From IMG/VR virus record IMGVR_UViG_3300032233_002657, positions 96,001 to 160,000 of that record: DNA of 64,000 bases; one strand, given 5' to 3'. Origin of the DNA: a virus (Duplodnaviria > Caudoviricetes). The position numbers and the translations under genes are program-made. Shown here one piece after another: positions 38,624 to 48,600 of this stretch. Below the pieces are notes generated by a model. That model was not told where the DNA came from. It saw only the letters and a program-made list of their open reading frames with translations, and searched no databases. Numbering within the stretch: the stretch's first letter is position 1; the number at the start of each line of letters is the position of its first letter.

Positions 38624-40546
38624 TTAAAGTACACCGCCATTTGATTCGTCCGGAGAAAGAATATTATTTTTAGCCTGGTTTGTATCATAACCTTTTACTG
38701 GACCTTTTCTACCGAATTCAACCGACTTAGCCAAAGAAGGTACATACGAAGTTCCTTGCTCGTCGCTTATGGCTCCCCTATGCACGGCTTGAAGGGTAGA
38801 CTTCCTCAAATTACTTCCTAGCATTCGAGTCATCCAGTCAGGGTCATGCTGCAGGTTTTCTAGACCTCTGACAAAGTGTGCGTCAAACGGAGCTGGGTTT
38901 TTATGGGTAGTAATCTGGTTAATACCAAACTCTTCAAAATCTTTTACCATCGAAGGCTTTATTTTAGTACCTATAGTGTAATGCAAGGAGGGCTTCTCTA
39001 AGTATTGACCAACAGCTGATTTAGGGGTCATGACCTTATGTCCTTCTCGAGGTTCCCAAGAGTTCTCTATAGCGTCGTAAGGAATGACGTCGTCTGGGGC
39101 GTATTGGTTATACTCCTCATTCATCTTTATGTGGTTTATAAGACCCTTAGACATTATCTCTATATTTCGCCTATTGCCTGACATGCCTGAGTCTTTCATA
39201 GCTGTTTTAAAGGCTGTAACGAATTGTCGCCTTCCTTCGCCTATACCTTTAAACTTTGTAAGCTGTGCTGGGTTTGCTATTCCGTCAGACAGCATGTCTC
39301 CTGCCTCTACGTTGTCATGCAGTTTCACAGTTAGGCCTACCTGAGGATTAACGTAATGGTCTATGCCGTCAATTCCTATAAACATGCCGCCGGTTGGAGC
39401 AGGCTTGATACTGGTAACCTTTCCATCTCTTTGAGCATGAGTAGCCCAATATGGAGATTGCTTAGGGGATTGCACTAACTGGTTTAGGTGCTTAAAGCCA
39501 GACACAGCCCCTGCGGCTCCGGCTACTCCGCCTGTGTGCTTGGAACTAAGCTGACCTTGGGATATAGGTTCAGATAAAGCCTGCATGGCGGCTATGCCTA
39601 CTGAATCACCTGAAGGAGCTAGGCCGCCTCTTTCTCTTACGCCTAGGTCTTTAGAGTAGACCCCACCATCCGCAGCCCCAAAAGCTACAGGGCTTCTTAC
39701 TACTATTCTCTTTAGTCCTTTAGCCTTGAGATCTTTAAGAACTCTAGGAGACAGCAAAGTATTCCTGCTGTAGCCCCCAGCGGACATAGCAAGAAGGGCT
39801 CCCTCGTTATCATCGTCATTAAGGTCTACAGGCATACCCCTATTTTCGCCACGAGTAGGGTCAGGATCATCATCCCCTACTACTATCATTCTGTGCCCTA
39901 CCTGATTCAACTGCTTAGAAAAGAACCCGGCGTCCATGGTAGAAAACTTAGTATCTGAAACGCCTTTTCTAGCACCGAATGTGCCTGCAAAGTATTCAGC
40001 TGGGTTTAGCCCTTTAGAGTATGAATTGAATACAGGTATAGGAATCGGGTTATCGTGATGATCAGTGTATAGAAGATCTCCGCCTCTTAAGCTTTTTAAA
40101 TTCATAGCCTTACCCCTAGACCCAGACTGTATCTGACGGGCTAGCTGGTTGTTCTCTCTTATGGAGTCGTCAAATATGCCTTTCTCCATTGGCTTCTGTG
40201 CGGCATTTAGAAGATCTATCATCTTAGTATTTTTAGCGCCTTCGTCGTCTCTGTTATCAGCCATTATTTTAGCAATGGCTATTCTTAGCTCTGCTTTGCT
40301 GTCTATGGAGAACTTTGATTCTCTTAGATCTTTTAGACCAAATGAAAACCCACCGCTTGAGTAGGAAACGTCTCTGCCTACGTCGTACAGCTTCTTAGAT
40401 ATGTCTCTATATTTTTCTGGATGTTTTTCAGCTATGAGCTGCATTAGCGCAGTTGAAGCCTTAGAATCAAGCGATCTTGAATAGTCCTTCAGCTCTTCTG
40501 GAAGGGCATCATTAACCATGATCTGGCCCACAGTGGTCCTAAGCAT
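38624..40546 (-). CDS. rpoC: Phage RNA polymerase beta' subunit, C-terminal half
   Basis: RTTVGQ, GSRG, bridge helix (GLNPAEYFAGTFGARKGVSDTKFSTMDAGFFSKQL), trigger loop (VGIAAMQALSEPISQGQLSSKHTGG). Confidence 0.9.
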   Translation of the reverse strand: MLRTTVGQIMVNDALPEELKDYSRSLDSKASTALMQLIAEKHPEKYRDISKKLYDVGRDVSYSSGGFSFGLKDLRESKFSIDSKAELRIAIAKIMADNRDDEGAKNTKMIDLLNAAQKPMEKGIFDDSIRENNQLARQIQSGSRGKAMNLKSLRGGDLLYTDHHDNPIPIPVFNSYSKGLNPAEYFAGTFGARKGVSDTKFSTMDAGFFSKQLNQVGHRMIVVGDDDPDPTRGENRGMPVDLNDDDNEGALLAMSAGGYSRNTLLSPRVLKDLKAKGLKRIVVRSPVAFGAADGGVYSKDLGVRERGGLAPSGDSVGIAAMQALSEPISQGQLSSKHTGGVAGAAGAVSGFKHLNQLVQSPKQSPYWATHAQRDGKVTSIKPAPTGGMFIGIDGIDHYVNPQVGLTVKLHDNVEAGDMLSDGIANPAQLTKFKGIGEGRRQFVTAFKTAMKDSGMSGNRRNIEIMSKGLINHIKMNEEYNQYAPDDVIPYDAIENSWEPREGHKVMTPKSAVGQYLEKPSLHYTIGTKIKPSMVKDFEEFGINQITTHKNPAPFDAHFVRGLENLQHDPDWMTRMLGSNLRKSTLQAVHRGAISDEQGTSYVPSLAKSVEFGRKGPVKGYDTNQAKNNILSPDESNGGVL

Positions 40547-40548
40547 GA

Positions 40549-40767
40549 TTACCCTCCAAGTGTTATTTTCTTTATTCCCGGTGGTGTTATTCCGTTTTGC
40601 TCTAAAGTATCTGCAAAACTGGAGTCGGCGGCCGTAACGCAGGTTATTACAGAATCTGAATTATCTAGGAACAAGGCTATAGGGTTATTTAAGTTGTCGT
40701 AAATAACTAGCCTTGTTGCCTTTGCCGGTGGAGTCTTATCAAAAAAATTATGATAATCAAGAATCAT
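40549..40767 (-). CDS. Small hypothetical protein
   Basis: Tightly packed between its neighbours. Confidence 0.55.
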   Translation of the reverse strand: MILDYHNFFDKTPPAKATRLVIYDNLNNPIALFLDNSDSVITCVTAADSSFADTLEQNGITPPGIKKITLGG

Positions 40768-41371
40768 GTCTATTGGTCTTTCTCAAAAGGTCCATTATAC
40801 CAGCTGCTTTTTCAGCAATCTCATGTTTAGAAAAACCTGCTGTCTTTGGGGCTGGTGCTGGTGCTCCAGCGGAAGGATCTCCGCCTTGAGGCTGAGGTTT
40901 ACCTTGTGAAGAGTCATCTTTATTCTGGCTTGGGGCTTCGTCAAGAATGTCATGAGGAAGGTTTATGCCTAGGGAAGAATATAGATGGGTTAACAACTTT
41001 TGAATACGGCGCATAAACATTTCAGTGTTCTGCCCGTTATCTGATTTCTTTCCAGCTCCTTTGTTTCCCTTTACTTCAGCTAGAGCTGTCTGCAGTTCAG
41101 ACTTAACTACAGCTCTAATTTGTTCAGTAGGGTCTTCTGGAGGAGGCGCGCCCCCCATCATAGAGGGATCCATAGGTGGTGCTCCCCCCATCATAGAAGG
41201 GTCCATAGGAGGCTGACCGCCCATCATTGATGGGTCCATAGGTGGTGCGCCTGGAGGAGCACCTCCAGCCATAGCCGGGTCCATAGGAGGTTGGCCGCCG
41301 CCCTCAGGGGGCATGAAGGCCGACTTGATGCTCAATTGAGCCTGCTTTAATAGATACTTATTAATTGCCAT
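40757..41371 (-). CDS. Pro/Met/Gly-rich protein with K-x-A motifs
   Basis: LKQAQ, IKSAF, PKTAG, EKAAG; tandem GGAPPMDPSMM. Confidence 0.65.
   Translation of the reverse strand: MAINKYLLKQAQLSIKSAFMPPEGGGQPPMDPAMAGGAPPGAPPMDPSMMGGQPPMDPSMMGGAPPMDPSMMGGAPPPEDPTEQIRAVVKSELQTALAEVKGNKGAGKKSDNGQNTEMFMRRIQKLLTHLYSSLGINLPHDILDEAPSQNKDDSSQGKPQPQGGDPSAGAPAPAPKTAGFSKHEIAEKAAGIMDLLRKTNRHDS
41142..41302 (-). repeat. Coding tandem repeat, ~33-bp units encoding GG(A/Q)PPMDPSMM
   Basis: About 4 imperfect units visible in DNA and protein. Confidence 0.75.
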
Positions 41372-41423
41372 GATAACTCCTAGACACTATGGGTTGCTTA
41401 CATTAAGGCCGCAGTAGAGTACG

Positions 41424-42053
41424 TTACTCGTAGGGCGCTACTTTATTTGGAGTTTTAGGTTTTGCTTTTTTCCCGCTGATACCTTGTATTCTGTTCTTCT
41501 CTGCATCAGGGTCTGTAAGATCTGAACCTGCAAATGAAGGTTTAGTAGGTTTATCGCCTTTTCTAGAAATTTGATTGGTAGTTGGCTTAGGTACTAAATC
41601 ATTAACTATACTTCCGTCTTCGTCTTTTGTAGTTCCAGCTCCTAAACCTATTTCACCGCCACTATTAACTTTGTCCTGCATGGCATTCATAAAGCTTCCA
41701 GCGTATGGGCTTACAGGAGCTTTAGGACCGAGAAGACGTTTTAAATACTCATTTCCAGTTCCTGCTAGATCCACTCCAAAGTGTTGAGCACCGGCGCCAC
41801 CTAAGCCGCCTACAGCGCCACCACCTACAGCACCAGATAAGAGACGAGATATAACACCTTGCTCGCTGTCGCCAAATAAAGCATTGCCAAGCCCGCCTAC
41901 TAAGGCACCGCCGCCAGCCCCAAGGAGCCCGGCCTGAAGCCTAGGGTCCAAGCCGTTGTAAGCGTCCATGTACCCGCTTGCCTTATACATGCTTCCAGTT
42001 TTGTTACCCAAGTACTGAGCTAACTCTATAGCTTTATTGTTTTGGTACTGCAT
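41424..42053 (-). CDS. Glycine-zipper protein
   Basis: GLLGAGGGALVGGLG and GAVGGGAVGGLGGAG. Confidence 0.65.
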   Translation of the reverse strand: MQYQNNKAIELAQYLGNKTGSMYKASGYMDAYNGLDPRLQAGLLGAGGGALVGGLGNALFGDSEQGVISRLLSGAVGGGAVGGLGGAGAQHFGVDLAGTGNEYLKRLLGPKAPVSPYAGSFMNAMQDKVNSGGEIGLGAGTTKDEDGSIVNDLVPKPTTNQISRKGDKPTKPSFAGSDLTDPDAEKNRIQGISGKKAKPKTPNKVAPYE

Positions 42054-42145
42054 CTTGCTCTCCCATGTAAAATAAAATACTTATATAAGACTATAACTTA
42101 CTACTTACGCCCTTAGCTACCTCATTATTTAAAAACAGTGTGTAA

Positions 42146-45100
42146 TCAAGGCTTAGCGGGAGCCGAAGCCGCTTGGTTTGCCGGGGTAGGTTTGTAAAAA
42201 CTATCTACGCCTCTAAGGCCTCCATAAGCCCCCAGGCCCATGCCCGTTACCGAACCTAAATCCCTGATAAGCTGATACCAGTCTTTATTTTTTTTAAGGC
42301 TATCCTTGGAAACAGTAGACTTTAATATCTTATCCGTGAGCCAATCGCCTCCTAGCATACCGGCAAACCCGCCGCCTACTAAGCCAGCCCCGTGCTGCAT
42401 AGATTTAATTCCAGTATACTTCAAGGCATCTTTGAGGTCCTCGTTTCCTTCTTCTGTAGCAAAAGGAACTCTAAATTGCTGTAGGATCTTATGAGCTAAT
42501 GATTTAGTCTCGTCATTTACGGTTGTGGTTCTAAGTATCGGCCGGCCTTTTTCATCAAGCTTAGTTTCAGTAATAAGCGGCTGAGCATTTCTTAGAGCTT
42601 CGGTTTCTTTTGGGCCCATAGCAGTAGATTCTGGATGCGACTGGCTAAGTTCATCAAGAGTAGGTTTACGTGTTACCTGCGCCCCAGACACCGAAATCTT
42701 TTTGTCGGTGTTTAAGAATGGGGCTTTAAAAGCTTCAGTAAACGACGCGACAGGGTTAGCGTTAACGGCTAGTTGGGCTTGAGTGTGAGGCATATACGCC
42801 CACCTTATTCCTGAAGAAACGCCATCTTGAGCCAGCGACGTAATCCCTGGCATGTTTACAGCTCCGGTTCCTAGGATAGCAGCGTCTGTAAGAGGGCTTG
42901 GGCCATACATGTGTTTTTGCACAGCTACAGGCTGTGCTTTTCTTAAAGCATCATACTTTTTGTACTTTGTAGCAATTGAAGGAAGCCCGGTCGTGTATGA
43001 CAGTAGGGTATTCCCCGCAGTTTGTGAAAGCACTCTATCCCAGTCAGTCTGCTGTTTGCCTGTATTATAACCTCTAGATGGAGAGACAGGGTCAAAGCCT
43101 TCTTCGCCGGCTACGGGAAACGCTTGTTGCTTAGGGACTACTCCTCCAAGATACTGGGCCCCCGTTAATCCTGTACCAAAAGCAATGTGCTTTGCAAGTG
43201 ACTTGCCCCCATTGTACCAGGTAGAACCTAGTAAAAGTGACTTAGCCGCATCTACAAATCCTGCTGCTTTAACCGCGGTAGAAGGCCTGAGTGCATGGAC
43301 CGCTGCTGCGACACCGGCGGCGCCTCCGCCTATTTCTCCTACTAGCTTTAACCACCACCTTCTATCTTCTTGCCTTCTTCTATCATCATACTCATCTCCC
43401 TCTTCGTCGGGAAAAATGTAATTTGCTATTCCGCCCATAGCCCTATTGCCTAAATAAGAACCGGCTAGTCCCCCGGTTACATGCGGTATTAAAGCTTTTC
43501 CTAAATCCTTTAAGCTAGGGTCTGCAACTTCGTCTCCGCCTAGTGACTTTATAACATGGTTTGCAGCAGGCACTATGTATTCTTTATGTGCTTTGGCGGC
43601 ATATTGAGCAGCGTTTGCATTCGCAGTGTCTATCATTTTTACAAGAGATTTATTGCCGTAGAAATCCCCTAAAGATTTAAAAGGAGTTTGAATCCACTTG
43701 TCTACTTGTTCTTTTTGTCTGGGGTCTCTAGCTCTAGCCGCAAATTCTGAAACGTCTCCTTGAGTCTTGCTTACGTACTCACCGTAGGCCGGACCAATCC
43801 CCGAACCAAATATTCCATTCTTGTATTCCGGAGCCATTATGCCATGTCTAATTATTCCAAAACCCCCTAAGCCTGACCCAAGTGATCTTACTGGAGCATT
43901 CCAGACCGCGGTACCGGCTCTAGGAGTGGCCATAACCGCTCCCCATAGCGCAGAGTTAGCCTTAGATTTTTCAAGGGTATGCTGGGGTACATTCGGGTAC
44001 ACTTTCTTTTGGTAAGCGTCTTCAAGATTATATCCAGCAGTTGCGCCAAGGGCCATCCGCCCAGCCGTAGTAACAGAAGGTAAATAGGGTTTTATAACAT
44101 CTAAGAGACCTGATGATTTTTCAATCCCGTTATTACTTTTAATTTTATTGCTACCGACTTCTTTTAATATATTAAGGAACTGCTCATTCAGCTTTTGCTT
44201 ACGATCAGCGGCGTTTATTAAATAGTCATCCGTCGCTGGTAATGGGTCAGCTTTTATACCTACGTTCCTTAAAAAGGATCTTAATCTACCTGGAGCCGTT
44301 CGGGCTATGTATCTCTCTATTAAAACTTTACGATCTTCAGGGGCTAAGTGCTCATGGCTATCAAACCTAAGCGCCCTGCCTTCGCTTTGGCTGCTTCTTG
44401 CTGTGTTCCAGTGTGGGTCTAGAAGTTGAACTAACTTGGTGCCTTTAAAAGATAACCCTTCGGTACCGGACGGTCCGAGAAGAGCAACTTTAAGTTTATC
44501 TGTGTTGTAGTCGTCTACTAACTTCTTTCTTTCCTTGTCAGATAAGTTGCCTGTGAACGAAGCTGCGGGTATACCAGCTTTATTAAGCGCATCTTGATAG
44601 GGGGATAAACCAGCGTCTATAAAATTAGAGAACACTAAGGCCTTGCCTTGTGGGTCTTTTTCAAAGAGTGATTTTAGGTTGCCAAGAGCTGCGGTAAGTT
44701 TGGGAGACTGCTCAAACGCCTTTGAAACATCTTTATTGCCGCGCATGAACGGAAGAGTAGATAGACCGACCTGCCTTAGACCAGTCATAAAGCTGGTCAT
44801 CTTTGTAATTTCATCTTGAGTCAGCGGATAGTTCATCTTTAGCTTCCACCTGAGCACTGTAGGAAGTTGCCCCATCATGTAGCTATTAAGGTCGGTCTGG
44901 TCCCTGCCCATCTCTACTACAACGTCTTTTCTATTTATCTCAGCCTTAGGAGCCAGCGGGGCAAAGTAATCAACCTTATCCTTTAATTTACTTTTTAGCT
45001 CGTCCTGATTTATAATAGCTGGCTCTTCCGCTGAGGAATCAAATAAGGCTTTATACCAAGGCTTATCAGGAATTTCATCTACGTATCTTTTACTAAACTC

Positions 45101-45634
45101 TTCAGGAGTTACGCTATCTCCAGTAAGAATGTTATAAGGAACCGAGAAGTCGCTCGGGTCGTTTACTACTGGGGTTCCTGTAAGAAGTACGACCTGCCTA
45201 GCTTTACGGGCAGCTTCCATAAGGTTCTTAGTCTGGGAAGATTTTGGGTTTCTAAACCTATGAGCTTCATCTACTAATATGGATTGCGGGTTTGCGATCT
45301 CAGTTCCGTTACCTACGGCAGTGTGACTCATAACGCTACTAGGAGTTGCCGTTGCAGGATCTATAAACCTTTCTTGTTCTTTTCTAAGGTTGTTACGCAG
45401 GGCTGCGGGCACTACGGCTGTGTAAGGTATCTTAGTGGCGTCAGCAGCGGCTAACCCGCTAAGGGTCTTGCCTGATCCTAGGCTGTGATAAAGAAGCAGC
45501 CTCGCTTTGTTCTGTGTGTCTAACTGCTTTTGGACTTTGTCCACTACTGCCGTTTGATGCGGCTGAAGCGTTATACCGGGCTGTAATTCAGCCTGCTTCA
45601 ATACTTCCAACTCGTTCGATAAAGGAGTGCTCAT
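42146..45634 (-). CDS. SNF2-family (SF2) helicase fused to a long glycine-zipper C-terminal region
   Basis: HSLGSGKT, VDEAH, LTGTP, GTEGLSF, WNTARSSQSEGRALR in roughly the first 500 aa; multiple GxxxG hydrophobic segments after that. Confidence 0.85.
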   Translation of the reverse strand: MSTPLSNELEVLKQAELQPGITLQPHQTAVVDKVQKQLDTQNKARLLLYHSLGSGKTLSGLAAADATKIPYTAVVPAALRNNLRKEQERFIDPATATPSSVMSHTAVGNGTEIANPQSILVDEAHRFRNPKSSQTKNLMEAARKARQVVLLTGTPVVNDPSDFSVPYNILTGDSVTPEEFSKRYVDEIPDKPWYKALFDSSAEEPAIINQDELKSKLKDKVDYFAPLAPKAEINRKDVVVEMGRDQTDLNSYMMGQLPTVLRWKLKMNYPLTQDEITKMTSFMTGLRQVGLSTLPFMRGNKDVSKAFEQSPKLTAALGNLKSLFEKDPQGKALVFSNFIDAGLSPYQDALNKAGIPAASFTGNLSDKERKKLVDDYNTDKLKVALLGPSGTEGLSFKGTKLVQLLDPHWNTARSSQSEGRALRFDSHEHLAPEDRKVLIERYIARTAPGRLRSFLRNVGIKADPLPATDDYLINAADRKQKLNEQFLNILKEVGSNKIKSNNGIEKSSGLLDVIKPYLPSVTTAGRMALGATAGYNLEDAYQKKVYPNVPQHTLEKSKANSALWGAVMATPRAGTAVWNAPVRSLGSGLGGFGIIRHGIMAPEYKNGIFGSGIGPAYGEYVSKTQGDVSEFAARARDPRQKEQVDKWIQTPFKSLGDFYGNKSLVKMIDTANANAAQYAAKAHKEYIVPAANHVIKSLGGDEVADPSLKDLGKALIPHVTGGLAGSYLGNRAMGGIANYIFPDEEGDEYDDRRRQEDRRWWLKLVGEIGGGAAGVAAAVHALRPSTAVKAAGFVDAAKSLLLGSTWYNGGKSLAKHIAFGTGLTGAQYLGGVVPKQQAFPVAGEEGFDPVSPSRGYNTGKQQTDWDRVLSQTAGNTLLSYTTGLPSIATKYKKYDALRKAQPVAVQKHMYGPSPLTDAAILGTGAVNMPGITSLAQDGVSSGIRWAYMPHTQAQLAVNANPVASFTEAFKAPFLNTDKKISVSGAQVTRKPTLDELSQSHPESTAMGPKETEALRNAQPLITETKLDEKGRPILRTTTVNDETKSLAHKILQQFRVPFATEEGNEDLKDALKYTGIKSMQHGAGLVGGGFAGMLGGDWLTDKILKSTVSKDSLKKNKDWYQLIRDLGSVTGMGLGAYGGLRGVDSFYKPTPANQAASAPAKP

Positions 45635-45637
45635 GGG

Positions 45638-48600
45638 TTACCCTACTATTACGACTTTATCGTTTGCGGATATTTCGCCTGCCTTGTAGGCACGTACGGC
45701 GTCCATCTTTGTTTTGAAGTATTTTTCAGGTCGCTTAGACGCTTCAGAGGTAGCCGTGTACAGCCCACCCTGGTACTCGTTCATAGGAAGCTGATGAACT
45801 TTGAAGTTTTTTACGGCAAGAAGATTACGGCTGGGTAGCATCTTTTCTAAAGCATCTTTAACAGACTCATCAGTTGTGGGCACATGGTAGTTCATGGCGT
45901 CGCCATCAAAGTCTGCTCCGAACCCTTTAACTATAATAGGAGGAACTTGAAGAGTACTTCCTTTAACAAGCTGAGGCCTAAACGCCATAACCCCGTAACG
46001 GTGAAGCACTGGAGCTCTTGTTATGATTACAGGTCGAGCATCCATTTCTGCAAGCATTGCATCCATGGCCATCTTGTCTTTACTTTCTATAAGATCGGCT
46101 GCTTTAAACCGATCCACTCCTCGTCGAATAAGCCTTCTCATGATAAAGGGTTTATACACAGCCCAAGCTCTGTCTTCCGGAAGGCCAACTTGATCCATGT
46201 CTAAGTCTGGGTTTGGAGTAATAGCCGCTCGGCCAACCATGTCCACGTTAGAGGCTAACAGCTTTCTTTGAAGCACTCCAAACTTAGGGTTATCTCCAAA
46301 TACTTGTTTTAATATTCCTTTTACGTTCTTTTGTTCTAGCTTAGGGTTACTAGTATCGGCCATGCCGGTTACGCCCTTGAAAGAGTCGTATACAGCCAGT
46401 CTATGATCTGACAAATCTGTAAAATGGTTGGATGCTTCCTTCATCTCAGAGTTAGAATCTATGAGCTCCTTATAAAGGTAGTTAGCATCTCCTACCATAG
46501 GAAGGCCGCTGCTCTGCATTATGCTGACTGGCCTAAACAAAGGAGGAAGCACTGGCACTTTATCAAGAACCCAATCAGAGGGGTGCATTCCCAGATCCTT
46601 AGACGTTTTAAGATACCCTAGCTTTCTAACAGCTGTGTCTCTGTAAGACTTTTTACCTGACGCTATCTGCGCTCTAGCTTTTAGTATCTCCTGATCGACG
46701 TTCATCTTTTTAAGGGCCCCAGATATAGCTCCTGGCCCTTTAATTCCATTTAGCTCTTCTCTGCCCGCTAGCACATCCCTAAACTTATTCTCTGTTAATC
46801 CTAATACTCTGCGTATGGGCTCTTCCATAACTGGATTAGGCATAGGTTCATGCAGCTTTATGTGGCTCCACATAGTGCCGCCGTGGCCACCAGTTAAAGT
46901 AGGGTCAAACAGGCCCCCGCCTACAGGCTTCATGCTGCCAGACCAATCAACTGTATCTGATCTTGTAATCTCTCTAGTACCAGACAAAGAATCGACGTCT
47001 GCGCTGGTCATAGCCATAAGCTGCGTCTTAGAACCTTTACGCACAGGGTTGATTCCGGCTGCCTGAAGCTGGGACATGAATTTACGATAGGTCAAAGGAA
47101 CTCTTGGTATGGGCAGAGGCTTACCAGTCATGAACGCAGCCCAGTAGTCTTCGTTTTTCTGACCTCGAATAGCTCCTGCATCTCTTAATACTTCGTGGGC
47201 TCCGTGAGAAAGAAGCGCGTTGACGTCCATAAGGGCCATACGCTTTGATCCTGTCTCTCCACCTTTAGCAGGAGTTTCTTCAGCTGTGTACCCGCTGGAT
47301 ACTCCTCTACCTTGGCCTTTTGATTCAGAGGTGTGATGCAGCTTCATAAAAAATCTGTTACCAGTGAATATACCTTTTATCTTTCTCCCAGTGTCGGGGT
47401 CTTCTATATCTTCCATATCGCTTAGATTATGCTTCTTTAGTTCGTTGATCGCATACTCTGTAAGATCCTCTATGTTATCAAAGTCTTTTACGGCATACCT
47501 TTTACCCGTCTTCTCGGATATCTTGCCTAAAGCAGCTTCCACCATTTGGCCAGGGTTTGTACGAGTGATGATACCTAAGGGATTGAGCAGAACCTCAAAA
47601 GGTCTGCCGTCCGCTCCTTTAGGCATTTTGTCGTCTGGGACTACGGTGGATATTACACCTTTGTCGCCGTATCGTCCTGACAGCTTATCCCCTTCCTTCA
47701 TAGGGACAAGACTTTTTACACTTACTGCATAACCTTTCTTAGTAGCAGTAACATCGGTGACTATTCCCTCATTCTCGTGATCCCAAGTTACGCTGGCATC
47801 GTTAAAGCCAGTCCTAGATCTACCCACTTGTTGATTGTGCGCTCTAGATAATATGTTGGCTTGGAATATTAAAGGGTCGCCGGTTCGTACGACGGTGCCT
47901 GGCTTAACTACTCCATTGTCATCCATGTTGCCTACATGTTCTTTGGTGTAGTTAGAAGGGAACAACGTAAGAAAAGCTCTTTTGCCTTGCTTAGTGTCTG
48001 GGCCAAACTCAGTTTCATGCTGGTACATATGCTCTGAAGTAAGCCTTTTTGCTGCCCCTTCTGATATGACTATGGCATCTTCAAAGTTGAAGCCTTTATA
48101 AGGTATGTAGGCAGTTCGTAAGTTAGTACCTAAAGCAGTAGTACCTTTATCATCGGTGTAGTTTGACTTAGCCAGAAGGTCGCCTTTGCCGACTACGTCC
48201 CCAACAGACACTGAAGGCGTGTTGTGAAGAAACGTCTTTCTGTTAAACGGAAGATTGTTATAAAGCTCGGTCTTATGAAGCTGGCCATCTTCTCCGCGTA
48301 TGTGAATCTCGTCCCCGTCAACCTTTATGACTTGGCCCGCGTTCTGAGATCTAACTGCGCCCATATGAGAGCCATACTCTTCTTCGTATGACTTATCTTC
48401 TTCATCGGGCATACCAGATTGGACGTAAGGCGACTGAGGGTTCTGCAAGGGCAGGGCCTGAGTAAGCATTCTCGCGCCCATCATTACGCGCTGGCCTTTA
48501 GTGGCGCTTTTTAAAGGTATAAGATTAGCCAATTGATTAAACGAGCTTTCCATTCTGGGTAGCTCATAGGCTACTTCGTCCCTGTTGACGTATTTTATTT

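Noticed and set aside
40547-45637. Intron or intein interrupting beta'
   Set aside because: The interval holds ordinary co-oriented ORFs, both RNAP parts have their own start and stop, and no intein or intron motifs were seen
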